Shown: positions 9,163 to 18,985 of the stretch, in pieces
Numbering within the stretch: position 1 is the stretch's first letter
How the letters are laid out: every line of letters begins with the position of its first letter
Virus record (IMG/VR): IMGVR_UViG_3300022666_000083
Location: 1-46,903 of that record
Length of the DNA: 46,903 nt
Origin: a virus
Taxonomy: Duplodnaviria; Caudoviricetes
Direction: 5' to 3' (one strand)
Translations under genes and position numbers: made by a program
The notes under the pieces: generated by a model
What the model was told of the DNA's origin: nothing
Database searches by the model: none
The model's input: the letters and a program-made list of their open reading frames with translations, nothing else

Positions 9163-10089
9163 GTGAGCGCAATGAAAACCATCTACTCTAGCATGTATTA
9201 TGCCGGCCCCAACGGCGAGCCGCGCGAGCAGTTCAAGCCACACATGGAAGCGGTCTACGGATTTCCTCCAATCCAGCAGGTATGCTTCTATGCCAAGAAG
9301 CCCGACGGCTCGTTGGACCTCGATTCCGTCCGCGCGCAGTACCTCGACCGCCTTCCGAATGGTGCAATGGCGTTCCTGGACCGCGAGGGGGTGGATGTCG
9401 AGGTATTCCAGTGGATAGACGGTGGTTTGGTGCCGAACCCAAAGAATATCCAGGCGATGGTCGATTTGTATGATGCTATGAAGGCTATGCGGCCGGACAT
9501 CCAGATGGCGTACTACGGCGTGGTGCCCACGTCCTACGCCCACCTGCAAATGGACGATACGGTCTCGCGCTACAGTCCTAACAACATGCCGTGTTGGGCG
9601 GCGGTCGAGACCGTTGATCTGGCGTCCAGCATAATTGCCGAGCGTGTTGATTATCTGATGCCCTATTTCTACTTTGGCTCGGTAGTCAGCGACAAGTCGC
9701 TCACCTACGACCGTGTACGGCTGTGGGCTGGGAGTCTGTTCCAGCGCTGCCGGCGCTATTGGCCGACGAAACGTGTGGTGCCGCTGATGTGGCCGAACTA
9801 TTACGACCGTTGGAAGAAATACTATATCGACGTTGAGCCGAATATTGACGACAAGGCATTCGAGTGGACGCCCGCGATTCTGAATGACATCCGCGTCCCC
9901 GGCGAACTCTTCCAGGCGCTAGTGGACGAGATGGACAAGTGGGGCCTGGAGGAATTGGCAGTGTGGCAGGAAGGTCATCAGCCGTGGGACCCGAACGCCG
10001 ACTGGTTGAAGATTCTTCTGCGTTGGCGTGGGCAGATAGCCATGCCGCAATTCCGGTTCCGACCGTCGGCAGATATTAGTTGGCAGTAG
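9163..10089 (+). CDS. putative glycoside hydrolase (TIM barrel, GH56/GH18-like DxE)
   Basis: AFLDRE (DxE), MKAMRPDIQMAYYG, VDYLMPYFY and VVPLMWP follow the motif order of hyaluronidase-type barrels. Confidence 0.45.
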   Translation: MSAMKTIYSSMYYAGPNGEPREQFKPHMEAVYGFPPIQQVCFYAKKPDGSLDLDSVRAQYLDRLPNGAMAFLDREGVDVEVFQWIDGGLVPNPKNIQAMVDLYDAMKAMRPDIQMAYYGVVPTSYAHLQMDDTVSRYSPNNMPCWAAVETVDLASSIIAERVDYLMPYFYFGSVVSDKSLTYDRVRLWAGSLFQRCRRYWPTKRVVPLMWPNYYDRWKKYYIDVEPNIDDKAFEWTPAILNDIRVPGELFQALVDEMDKWGLEELAVWQEGHQPWDPNADWLKILLRWRGQIAMPQFRFRPSADISWQ

Positions 10090-10170
10090 CCGGCCAACCG
10101 GCAGCGCGTGGAACAGTACATCGCGTGGTTGATCCGATAGCGCGGCCGCGGGCCGCAAGGAGCGATACGC

Positions 10171-11700
10171 ATGGCACTCAACGCGGCAATCGACTGGGAA
10201 GTGCGGCAGGACGGCAACGACCTGAACGGCGGCGGCTACAAGCGAACGGCCGGCACAACCGACTATTCGCAGCAGGCCGCCGCGCAGAAGGCCGGCGCGG
10301 ACCTGGAAATGCACGCCAGCACGAACACGAAAGTCAAGCCGACCGCCGCGGGGGTCGCGGCGGCCGACGTGGGCAACGTGATTCAGATTTCCGCCGGCAC
10401 GAATTGGACTCCGGGCTTTTACGAGATCACCGCCCAGGACGGCACGTATTGGACGTTGGACCGCTCGCCCAACGCGGCGGGCGATGCGAACCTGGCCACG
10501 TACAAGATGGGCGGGGCCTTGGCGAACCCCGGCACAATCGGCGGTATCTTCGTTTCCGGCAACTTGATCTACCTGAAGTATTCCGCAACGCCCTACTCGA
10601 TCAGCACCGCAACGCCAAACGTGGCCGGTGGACCATTGACACTGACTGCCGGAGGGTCCACTGCAAACGGCGTAGTGCTGGTCGGGTACAGCACGACACG
10701 GACTGTCGCCAACGATGATGCAGACCGCCCGACGTTGACGGTCGCTGTGGGCGTAGCCAGCATCACGGTGGTGAACCACGGGACGGCCCCGCACGGCGGT
10801 GCGCGAAACATCATCGTGGATGGCAACGCGCAAACAGGGATCGTGGGCTTTGCCAACGGGACAGTGCGGAATCTCAACCACCGCTGCCGGGCCGTCAACT
10901 GTGCTTCAGCGGGATTCTCGGGCACGGCTGGTTTCTCGCTCGCCTGTGAAGCGGACACTTGCGGTGCCGGTTTCGCGCACTTGTCCGTTGGCTGTTGGGC
11001 TCACGATTGCACCGGAACGGGATTCAGCACGACAGCAGCTTTCTGTTTGGCAAACGGCAACGCCGCCGGATTCGTGAACGCAGCATCCACCCATTTCTTT
11101 GGCTGTATAGCTTACGCCAACACGGGGCACGGATTTTCGACAACGGACGTTACGGGCACGTTCGTCAATTGCATCGCCGAGGCCAACGGCGGTTGGGGAT
11201 TCATCAATGTCTACAGTGGCCGTCTTCTCGTGGCCTGCGCGGCGTACAACAACGCCACCGGTCAGTTCAGCGGCGGCACGCAAGTCAACTGCGTTACCGT
11301 CACTGCCGGCTCGGTGTTCACCAATGCGGCAGGCGGCGACTTCACGCTCAACACGACGGCGGATCGTGGGCTGTTGCTCCGCGGCGCGGGTTTTCCGGGC
11401 ACGTTCGTCAACGGCACGGTGGGCGCGGCGGACATCGGCCTGTTTTCTAACCCCGACTTCCCCGACGTGGGCAACGTGCGGAACAACGACACGGTGAACG
11501 GCGTCACGGGCGAGTTGAACGTCGAGGCCCTGGAGGCGGCGGCCTACTCCGCGGGCACGGTCTGGCAGGCCGCGGACGACGCGAGCTTCCTGGAGGCGAA
11601 CAAGGACGAGATTATCCCGGCCGACACGGACATCGAGGCGCGGTTCGGCGTGACGGGGACCGCGCCGGCGGGCGGCAACGTCATTGTGATTGAGGATTGA
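10171..11700 (+). CDS. right-handed beta-helix virion/spike-like protein
   Basis: AAGGAG RBS; Gly/Ala/Thr/Asn-rich with repeated CxAxxNxxxGF turns and an FTNAAGGDFTL cap motif. Confidence 0.65.
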   Translation: MALNAAIDWEVRQDGNDLNGGGYKRTAGTTDYSQQAAAQKAGADLEMHASTNTKVKPTAAGVAAADVGNVIQISAGTNWTPGFYEITAQDGTYWTLDRSPNAAGDANLATYKMGGALANPGTIGGIFVSGNLIYLKYSATPYSISTATPNVAGGPLTLTAGGSTANGVVLVGYSTTRTVANDDADRPTLTVAVGVASITVVNHGTAPHGGARNIIVDGNAQTGIVGFANGTVRNLNHRCRAVNCASAGFSGTAGFSLACEADTCGAGFAHLSVGCWAHDCTGTGFSTTAAFCLANGNAAGFVNAASTHFFGCIAYANTGHGFSTTDVTGTFVNCIAEANGGWGFINVYSGRLLVACAAYNNATGQFSGGTQVNCVTVTAGSVFTNAAGGDFTLNTTADRGLLLRGAGFPGTFVNGTVGAADIGLFSNPDFPDVGNVRNNDTVNGVTGELNVEALEAAAYSAGTVWQAADDASFLEANKDEIIPADTDIEARFGVTGTAPAGGNVIVIED

Positions 11701-11702
11701 GC

Positions 11703-13991
11703 ATGGCCTACGACCAGATCTACTCCGCCGACAGCACCAGCAAGCTGATCGAAGTCAAGATGCGCTCGGCAACGACGGGGCTCGGCTTGACCGGACTGGC
11801 CTTCGATACGCCAGTTACGTTTGCCTACGTCCGCGAAGGCGCGGCGGCAGCGGCCAACGTCAACGACTCCTGCGCGACGATGGCCCAAGGCACCTGGGCC
11901 ACGAAGGGCTGGGTTGAGGTGGACGCGACGAACCAGCCGGGCGTGTACCAGTTCGGCATCCCGAACGCCGCATTGGCCGCCGGCGCGAAGGCTGTGACGA
12001 TCACCTTTCAGGCGACGGGGGCGTTGGATAAGACGTTGAAGATTCTCTTGGACCCGCCGATTACGGCCAACTTGACGGCGGCGACGAAGGCCGAGATCAT
12101 CGCCAACTTCGAGGGGCGGACGGTCTACTTCGTCTCCGCGGCACGGTCCGACGATACGGGCGACGGCACAACCTGGAGCACGGCCAAGAAGATCATCGCC
12201 TCGGCCGTTGCGCTGGCAACCGTGGGCGGCGAGCTAATCCTCGTCGGCCCTGGAGCGTACAACGAGTCGCTCGACTTGTCGGCTCTGACGGGCGTAGAAC
12301 TTCGCGGCGGCGGCTGGGGAACGCGCATTTACAACTCGGGTACGTACTGCGTCAAAACGGGCGCACAATGCACGTTGGCCGACATTCGTGTGGACAACAC
12401 CGCCACGACCGTTCAGCATCAGGCGATTCTCATTGGCGGCAACAACACCACGCTCGACCACGTGCAGGTGGTGTCCGGCGACGAGGCGGTACGGAACGAC
12501 AGCTTTTTGCGACTGACGATCCGCAACTGCAATCTGCTGGGCAGCGAGGCGTGTCTGGCCCTGTACGGCGGTAGCGGTATGGTGATCAACTCGCTCCTTC
12601 ACACCGATGGCGCGTGGACGGACTGCGACAGCATCGGCGTCTTCGTCAATGCGAGCACGGTTTGCGGCTACACGTTCCATGCGTGCGACATCGACGCGCA
12701 ACTCAATCTGGGCTACTCGGCAGGCCCGCCGGCGCACCGACCGTATGGCGTGCAGGTGTTGGGGCTGCCGGGCGTGCTGACGTTCATCGACTGCTCGATC
12801 AAGGGCCAGCGGACGTTCGACACGGATCAAACGTATCAGTTCGGCGTGTCCCTTGAAACGACCGGAACCGTGGTGCTGCAAAACTGCCGCGTGAGTTGCC
12901 TCCGCGACACGGGCAACGCCGAAACCAACAGCTACGAATTGCAGAACACGTCCACCGGCAAGTTGATCGAGGGCGGCTGCACCTATCAGGCGAGCACCGG
13001 CACGATCACGCACAGTTACGGGGCCGCCGCTGCCGCTGCCGCCCAGGCGGCCAGTGAAGCAGTGCGAACGGTTTCCCCGGACCACAAGCCACTAGTGACC
13101 GCGGATGGCGCGCCGGTCAACCTGTACAGCGCGTTACAGTTCGCAGTCAACAACCTGGAAGGCCCGACGCCGACGTGGGTGGGCACGCTCACACTCGCCG
13201 GCGAACACACCAGTCGCCCGTATTGGAGCGGACTCTGCACCTCGCAGGCCGGCGACGTGACGGTGCGCCTCTGGTCGAACGGCACGCTCTGGTTCATCAC
13301 CGAGACCCTCGACGACACGGTAACGTGCGGCTGGCACACGCCCGTCGCCTCGCCGCGACTCGATACGCCCGCCGCAAGTTGGGAGGCGTTCGGCACCGCG
13401 ACCGGATCATTGACGATGACGATGAGTGCGGCGACCGTCCGGCCGGCGCAGAAGATTATCCTCGACGCCGCCACCGCCGACCACGCCACCGCGGGCACGT
13501 TCGGCAAAGCGATCGCCGACACCCTAACGCACGCCGCGCGATTGGCGGGCATCACCTCGCTGGCCAACTGGCTGCGGGCCATGTTCCGCAAGTCCGCGCC
13601 CGACGCCACGGCCCTGGCGGAGATCAACGACAGCGGCGGGACGTTCAGCGCCACCACCGATAGTGTTGAAGCTTTAAGAGAAAAGGTAGACAATACATTG
13701 GATGTAGCAATCAGCACAAGAGCTACTCCAGCAGACATAACTGACGCTGTCAATGGACCGGGTTCGGAACTATGTACAATCACGGTCAAAGACCAAAGTG
13801 GTAATCCGCTAGATGGAGTTGCTGTATGGATTACCTCTGACGAGGCCGGAGTTGATGTAGTCGCAGGTAAGAAATACACTAATTCATCGGGCCAAGTGAC
13901 GTTTATGCTTGATCCAGGAACATACTATTGTTGGAGGCAGTTGGCTCGATACAACTTCACCAATCCACAAACTCTGGTGGTGACAGAATGA
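11703..13991 (+). CDS. multi-domain virion protein: N-terminal beta-sandwich, pectin-lyase-like beta-helix, C-terminal carboxypeptidase-regulatory-like domain
   Basis: YFVS...DDTGDGTTWSTAKKII...ILVGPGAYNE is a beta-helix start; the C-terminus reads TVKDQSGNPLDGV...TNSSGQVTFMLDPGTY. Confidence 0.65.
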   Translation: MAYDQIYSADSTSKLIEVKMRSATTGLGLTGLAFDTPVTFAYVREGAAAAANVNDSCATMAQGTWATKGWVEVDATNQPGVYQFGIPNAALAAGAKAVTITFQATGALDKTLKILLDPPITANLTAATKAEIIANFEGRTVYFVSAARSDDTGDGTTWSTAKKIIASAVALATVGGELILVGPGAYNESLDLSALTGVELRGGGWGTRIYNSGTYCVKTGAQCTLADIRVDNTATTVQHQAILIGGNNTTLDHVQVVSGDEAVRNDSFLRLTIRNCNLLGSEACLALYGGSGMVINSLLHTDGAWTDCDSIGVFVNASTVCGYTFHACDIDAQLNLGYSAGPPAHRPYGVQVLGLPGVLTFIDCSIKGQRTFDTDQTYQFGVSLETTGTVVLQNCRVSCLRDTGNAETNSYELQNTSTGKLIEGGCTYQASTGTITHSYGAAAAAAAQAASEAVRTVSPDHKPLVTADGAPVNLYSALQFAVNNLEGPTPTWVGTLTLAGEHTSRPYWSGLCTSQAGDVTVRLWSNGTLWFITETLDDTVTCGWHTPVASPRLDTPAASWEAFGTATGSLTMTMSAATVRPAQKIILDAATADHATAGTFGKAIADTLTHAARLAGITSLANWLRAMFRKSAPDATALAEINDSGGTFSATTDSVEALREKVDNTLDVAISTRATPADITDAVNGPGSELCTITVKDQSGNPLDGVAVWITSDEAGVDVVAGKKYTNSSGQVTFMLDPGTYYCWRQLARYNFTNPQTLVVTE

Positions 13992-14818
13992 CAGATTTTA
14001 TACAACAAGACGCATCGCCAGTTTCTGGATCGGCAACTATCGCAACCCGAGCTGATATCTTGGCAGAATTGGGATTGACTGGTGTTGCTACATCCGAACA
14101 GGAAACAATAATAGATACTGCTTTAAGGAAAGCGGCCGGGGCTGTTAAGAGTTACTTGCGATATGAGCCTGTTCAGGGTTCCCATACCGAGTACTATCCA
14201 CAGCAAGCTTATCAGAGTCAACCCGGACCTGGGGTATGGGAGGTGACAGACGAGAAAGCTGTGTTGCGACAAGTCTCCGAATCGGCAACGAATGAGCTTC
14301 AGCTTCGTCATCTTCCGATTCGTAGTGTAGCCTCAGTTAATGTTGATTACGATGGACGTAGCGGGACAAAATCAGGATCGTTTGGTAGTGGTACATCAAA
14401 GACGGAAGGAGAGGATTATTGGGCGAACTATGATGAGGTAGATGGAGAAGGTAACAAGATTTGCAAGGATGGTATACTTCGAGCAGTTGGTTTGTGGCCA
14501 ACAACTCCGGGTACGGTCAAGGTGGTCTACACGGCTGGATATAGTGATGATGAATTGAGGGGGAACGATTCTATAGTTGATGCTTCTCCGATCTGGTTGG
14601 CTATCGTGGAAGAAGCGACTAGGTTGGCTCGTCGTACTTTGTTGACAAAGAAGGGATCGTTGGGTATTCCGGCAGGTGTCCTCACCAGTGAGAACCTTGG
14701 GGATTACAGTTACTCGGTTGAAGCTGGTTCACTCCAGCGATTGTTTAGTGGAGAATTGATGCCTGAAACGAAGGCAAGACTTGCAGATTTTGTGAATTGG
14801 GGATACGCGTTGGGGTGA
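13988..14818 (+). CDS. head-tail adaptor (connector) protein
   Basis: ATRADILAELG...AVKSYL, LRHLPIRSVASV, VKVVYTAGY and SENLGDYSYS are typical of gp6/gp15-like adaptors. Confidence 0.7.
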   Translation: MTDFIQQDASPVSGSATIATRADILAELGLTGVATSEQETIIDTALRKAAGAVKSYLRYEPVQGSHTEYYPQQAYQSQPGPGVWEVTDEKAVLRQVSESATNELQLRHLPIRSVASVNVDYDGRSGTKSGSFGSGTSKTEGEDYWANYDEVDGEGNKICKDGILRAVGLWPTTPGTVKVVYTAGYSDDELRGNDSIVDASPIWLAIVEEATRLARRTLLTKKGSLGIPAGVLTSENLGDYSYSVEAGSLQRLFSGELMPETKARLADFVNWGYALG

Positions 14819-14874
14819 CAAAGGACTGATAATAGGGGAGTGATTTACCCTTTCCCTATTACAGGAGATACGAA

Positions 14875-15123
14875 ATGAACGAGGTCCCTCAAGTATGGCC
14901 AGTGGTGGCAAAGCCTTATGCCCGAAAGGCTCAGGAGGTTCCCAAAATAGAGAGATCGGTATTTTGGACCGTATTGTTTGCAACATTCATTGGGATGTTT
15001 TTTGCAATGGAGATTCAGAAACGCTTCACTATGTGGGAAGTGGAGCATCGGGTTAGTCAGGTTCAAAAACAGATCGAAGAGTCAAACAAACAGACTCTAT
15101 GGATGTTAAAGGACGTGAAGTGA
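14875..15123 (+). CDS. small single-TM protein with coiled coil
   Basis: AGGAG RBS; TM segment VFWTVLFATFIGMFFAM. Confidence 0.55.
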   Translation: MNEVPQVWPVVAKPYARKAQEVPKIERSVFWTVLFATFIGMFFAMEIQKRFTMWEVEHRVSQVQKQIEESNKQTLWMLKDVK

Positions 15124-15452
15124 GTCTATTAGATAGTTTGCCAAACTTGGCTGTGGCAAAAAGACGACAACGGACGAAGGATTCGTTGGGTGGTCCCATA
15201 GATTCATTTACAGAAGTGGTATTTCAGGATCGGTCTTGTTGGCGACAGCCTGCATCTGATAGAGAGATCAATCAATGGCAGCATCGGGATGTAGATATAA
15301 CACATAAGGTCTACTTCGGTGAAGACCCAGAGGTTGACGAGAACTGTATCCTTATTATTGATGGAGTAACAATGCTTGTCAAGTCAGTATCTACTCCTGA
15401 CGCTAGTATTGGCCTTGGTCTGTTGTGGCGGGTGATGGTAGAGGAGATCTAA
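15120..15452 (+). CDS. head closure (head-tail joining) protein
   Basis: GTGA overlap start; RRQRTKDSLGG...THKVYF...LIIDG...VKSV pattern of SPP1 gp16-like stoppers. Confidence 0.65.
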   Translation: MSLLDSLPNLAVAKRRQRTKDSLGGPIDSFTEVVFQDRSCWRQPASDREINQWQHRDVDITHKVYFGEDPEVDENCILIIDGVTMLVKSVSTPDASIGLGLLWRVMVEEI

Positions 15453-15453
15453 T

Positions 15454-15801
15454 ATGCGAGTAGCCTGTAATACGATCGAAGAGTTCTTGGAGAACCTCAA
15501 AAGTGTAGAGCCAAGTAGTGTCTATGGCAAAGTAGTCTATGTGAGTGTGAATCGCAGGCCATTGGATGCTACAGACAAGAACAAGGCGACTCGATTACAG
15601 GTGAGCTTACAAGCGTCGGTCGTAATTGATTTGGATGATGGACAGTATCTACTTGAGGCGGGGGAAGATTGTGGCAAGGATTATCGGGACGGGGGTGGTG
15701 ATAATGCGGGGAGTGATTTGGCTGCTGAGCTGAAGGATCAGATCAAGAATTATTGTGAATCAACGGGTCTGGTGGTCAGGCCCGGTGTTGTTTCTGAATA
15801 G
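15454..15801 (+). CDS. hypothetical protein
   Basis: GAGGAG RBS; tightly packed ORF. Confidence 0.65.
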   Translation: MRVACNTIEEFLENLKSVEPSSVYGKVVYVSVNRRPLDATDKNKATRLQVSLQASVVIDLDDGQYLLEAGEDCGKDYRDGGGDNAGSDLAAELKDQIKNYCESTGLVVRPGVVSE

Positions 15802-15812
15802 GAGAGAACAAA

Positions 15813-16202
15813 ATGAGAACGACCTTGAGTGAAGTTGAAGCGGTCCAGGAAGTGGTGAGTGTAGCCAATGAGCTGAAACCCAGCCAACCTTGGATGGTGG
15901 TGGTGTTTGAGAAGGAGGGTCCAGGCAAGCCGATTCACGCCAAATTGATCAGAAACAAGCTCCCGGTTGACGACCTCCCAATCTGTGGAAAGATGCTTCG
16001 GGAGATATTTGCAGGGGAGATTGATGCAGACATTCCCGAAGCGTTGCCTGTAGCCCCTGATTTTATGAAGGGGGTATCAAAACAGGTCCCTCAAAACGAA
16101 GAAGCTGTAGATGCTGCGGTTCCGTTGAATCCGGTTGAAGTTATGGAAAACGAAGGTGGTCCTCCTGTAGAGTACAAGTCGGCGGAGGACCTCTACCGAT
16201 GA
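15813..16202 (+). CDS. hypothetical protein
   Basis: AGGAGAG RBS; acidic, Pro-rich C-terminus. Confidence 0.65.
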   Translation: MRTTLSEVEAVQEVVSVANELKPSQPWMVVVFEKEGPGKPIHAKLIRNKLPVDDLPICGKMLREIFAGEIDADIPEALPVAPDFMKGVSKQVPQNEEAVDAAVPLNPVEVMENEGGPPVEYKSAEDLYR

Positions 16203-16573
16203 GGAGATTACTAAGTTGGTTATGCTCATGGCGATCTCCTGTTTCAATGGCCAGGAGATTTGCTGTTAGATGGGAACGACAATCAAAACGACTGCTCAGA
16301 CAGTTGGAGAAAGACCAAGAGAGGATTAGAGAGTTGCTGGTCAAGGTCCAGAATCTCAGCAAGCGGGTAGAGACTGACCTTGATAAAGCGGCTAAGATGG
16401 AACAGCAGCACCAGACAGCTATGGAAGCTCTTCGTAGTGAAAATCAGGTGTTGTCGGATACAACCGTTCCAACCCTAGTAGCGCAACATAAGCTGCTGCT
16501 TGAACGACATGACGCTGATACGGCCATCCAAGTTCGTAGAAGGGTGGCCGCTCAGTTGCCGAACGAGGAGTGA
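16199..16573 (+). CDS. coiled-coil hypothetical protein
   Basis: ATGA overlap, GGAGG RBS and heptad pattern. Confidence 0.6.
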   Translation: MRRLLSWLCSWRSPVSMARRFAVRWERQSKRLLRQLEKDQERIRELLVKVQNLSKRVETDLDKAAKMEQQHQTAMEALRSENQVLSDTTVPTLVAQHKLLLERHDADTAIQVRRRVAAQLPNEE

Positions 16574-16575
16574 TG

Positions 16576-17187
16576 ATGAGTTTGATAAACCAACTCGACC
16601 GTATTGGGACAGCCCTTGACAAACTGGTCAAGGGCGGCCCCGGTTCGGGCAATTTTGGACATAGTGGACGGCCGGGGCAGGCAGGCGGGAGTGGGGGTGG
16701 TGTAGGTATTGGTGGCTACCCTGGTCTTAAAGCTCCTAAGATGTCATCAAAAGACAGGGCTACTATCGAAGCCTATCAAGAAAATAGTTACGAGATAAAT
16801 GGATGGTTGCGAGAAGGAATAGGAAATGCTCCAGAGGTGATTCAGCGTCAGGCTATCGCAACAAAAAAGGTATTCGATAAGTACGCCATCATTACCACAC
16901 AGCCAATGATTGTCTACCGTGGATTAGATAGTGATGATCTTCCTGGCGAGAAGTTTCAAGATAAGGCATTTGTATCTACAACCACTGATCCAAAGTCCGC
17001 CGCATTCTTTGGCGAGCATATTATGGCGATTCATGTTCCAACAGGGACTAGGGTATTGCCGGTGTTAAAGGGATCAGAGCAAGAGGTTATCCTGCCCCAA
17101 TGGAAATCTTTTACGCGTGGGAAAGAGGTTGGAACAATTGAAAGAGCGGGGCATTTGAGTACTGTCTATGAATGGGAAATGCACTAG
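16576..17187 (+). CDS. ADP-ribosyltransferase (R-S-E clade, VIP2/Alt-like) with shared leader and tag
   Basis: YQENSYEINGWLR, VYRG, DKAFVSTT and SEQEVILP; N-terminus MSLINQLDRIGTALDKLVK-GGPGSGNFGHSGRPG. Confidence 0.85.
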   Translation: MSLINQLDRIGTALDKLVKGGPGSGNFGHSGRPGQAGGSGGGVGIGGYPGLKAPKMSSKDRATIEAYQENSYEINGWLREGIGNAPEVIQRQAIATKKVFDKYAIITTQPMIVYRGLDSDDLPGEKFQDKAFVSTTTDPKSAAFFGEHIMAIHVPTGTRVLPVLKGSEQEVILPQWKSFTRGKEVGTIERAGHLSTVYEWEMH

Positions 17188-17196
17188 GAGTGATAA

Positions 17197-18981
17197 ATGA
17201 ATGTTCTGACGAAGAGCTACGAACGTAGCAATGCCCTGATCAATACAGCTCAGATTCAGGCCCTTCGGTTGAAAGAGTCTGGGATGCTGGGTGCTATGTC
17301 TTCGCCAATGTCTAGTGCATTCTCAGACATGCAAAGTCAGAGCAGGTCCAGAGCAGGTTATTCCCAGTTTCGCAGTTGGGTCTATGCTGCTGTGAATGCT
17401 CTTTGTTTGGAGGCAGCGGGACAGCCTGTCAAGATTGGACGGGTGGAGAAGGAGAGTGACATACGGAAGTATAGCCGCTTCCGTACAAAGGGTCTGACCG
17501 GGTCAATGACCAAGAACATTCGGAACAAGGCAGCCGAACGAGAGGTTGAGTTGTTGCCCGATCATCCCTTGGTTGACATACTGGAGGGGCCGAACCCGAT
17601 CCAGTATCGTTTTCAGTTTGTTTACTCGTTCGTAGCGAGTCTATGTTTGACAGGCTGGGGGTACGTGATACGTGATGAAGGTGAGGATGGAGTTGAGTTC
17701 TATAGTCTTCCTTCAACATGGGTACGTCCGGATCACAAGGAAGGTCCGTTCAGTAAGTTCTATATCACCAACCCCCACAATCCTGAGACACAGCAAGCCG
17801 AGCCATTGACAAAAGAACAGGTGGCGTTTGCTTACCTGCCTAATCCTGCCGATCCAATGGGGGCTGTGTCGCCAGCTAGCAGTCAGATGGCTGCGATTCG
17901 GGTGGACGACCGGATACAGACCTGTCAAGAGCGGTTCTTTGATAATGGTATCTTTCCCTCGGTGATTGTGACCGTGGGAAAGGATCCACACCCGGACGTA
18001 CCGGGCGGTGGTACGCGTCCCAGGCTAACGGCCGTTCAACGTCGGCAGGTGATGGGTGCTATTCGTCGAGTAATGGGTGGGATTGCAAACTATGGTAATC
18101 CGGCTATTGTGGATGGACTGATCGAAAGTATCACCCGTCTCAGCGCTACCCAACCTGAACTGGGATGGGACAAAAGTGAGGATAAGTTGAAGACGAGGAT
18201 CTTGTCCGCCTTTTGTGTTCATCCGTTCATCTTGGGTGAGCCGGTGGGTGTAGGTGGGTACGCCCAGACGTTCAACATTATGGACAGGTTCTACAGCCGG
18301 GTCAATGTGTATCTGGATCTGCTATCCTGTTTGATGACAGACATGCATGTGGTAATCAAGGAGGAGAAGGCAGCCAAGAAACAAGAGGAGGAGAGTGGCA
18401 AACTGCTGATCTGGTGGGAGAAGAAGGAGGCGGTTGACCCCTCCCTTCGTTGGCAGAAGATGAGCTCGGCTCGGTCTAGTGGGGATATCAGTCAGAACGA
18501 ACTGCGAGCTGAGTTAGGTATGCCTCCTGACGAGGACAAGAACGAGAGCCTCATCAGCACTTCTCAGGCCAGTGCCCTTATCCCATTGTTGGCTCAGGTG
18601 GGTGCAGGTGCTGTCACTTCCGAACAAGCCGCCGCACTGATGAAAGGCATGGGGATACCTGATGAATTGGCCGAAGAGATTGCGGAGGGACCGGAACCTC
18701 CTGAGGAACCTGCCCCTCAACCCCCTGTCGGTGCTGTTGCCGGCGTTCCGGGGGCTCAGGGGGAAAATACCCCAGAGGGGCAGACCCCCGCCGTACAACT
18801 AACGACAGGCCCCAGCAAACCGAAACCCCCGAAACCCGGTCGGCCGGGCAAGAAACCACCCAAGCAGAACGAGACAGAGCAGGCGGCCGAGGGATTGAAA
18901 AAGGCGATTGATGTCTTGCGTGATGTGCCGGTAGACATGGCTGAACAGATCGCCACTAAGATAGTAGACAGCCTGGAGTGA
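17197..18981 (+). CDS. portal protein (HK97-like) with Pro-rich C-terminal extension
   Basis: WVYAAVNA, HPLVDILEGPNP, LCLTGWGY, RFFDNG, ILSAFCVHPFILG and ISQNELRAELG. Confidence 0.85.
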   Translation: MNVLTKSYERSNALINTAQIQALRLKESGMLGAMSSPMSSAFSDMQSQSRSRAGYSQFRSWVYAAVNALCLEAAGQPVKIGRVEKESDIRKYSRFRTKGLTGSMTKNIRNKAAEREVELLPDHPLVDILEGPNPIQYRFQFVYSFVASLCLTGWGYVIRDEGEDGVEFYSLPSTWVRPDHKEGPFSKFYITNPHNPETQQAEPLTKEQVAFAYLPNPADPMGAVSPASSQMAAIRVDDRIQTCQERFFDNGIFPSVIVTVGKDPHPDVPGGGTRPRLTAVQRRQVMGAIRRVMGGIANYGNPAIVDGLIESITRLSATQPELGWDKSEDKLKTRILSAFCVHPFILGEPVGVGGYAQTFNIMDRFYSRVNVYLDLLSCLMTDMHVVIKEEKAAKKQEEESGKLLIWWEKKEAVDPSLRWQKMSSARSSGDISQNELRAELGMPPDEDKNESLISTSQASALIPLLAQVGAGAVTSEQAAALMKGMGIPDELAEEIAEGPEPPEEPAPQPPVGAVAGVPGAQGENTPEGQTPAVQLTTGPSKPKPPKPGRPGKKPPKQNETEQAAEGLKKAIDVLRDVPVDMAEQIATKIVDSLE

Positions 18982-18985
18982 GTTG

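Noticed and set aside
9919-13879. Several long minus-strand and alternative-frame ORFs
   Set aside because: These are expected in GC-rich DNA with few stop codons, and they overlap well-supported + strand genes.
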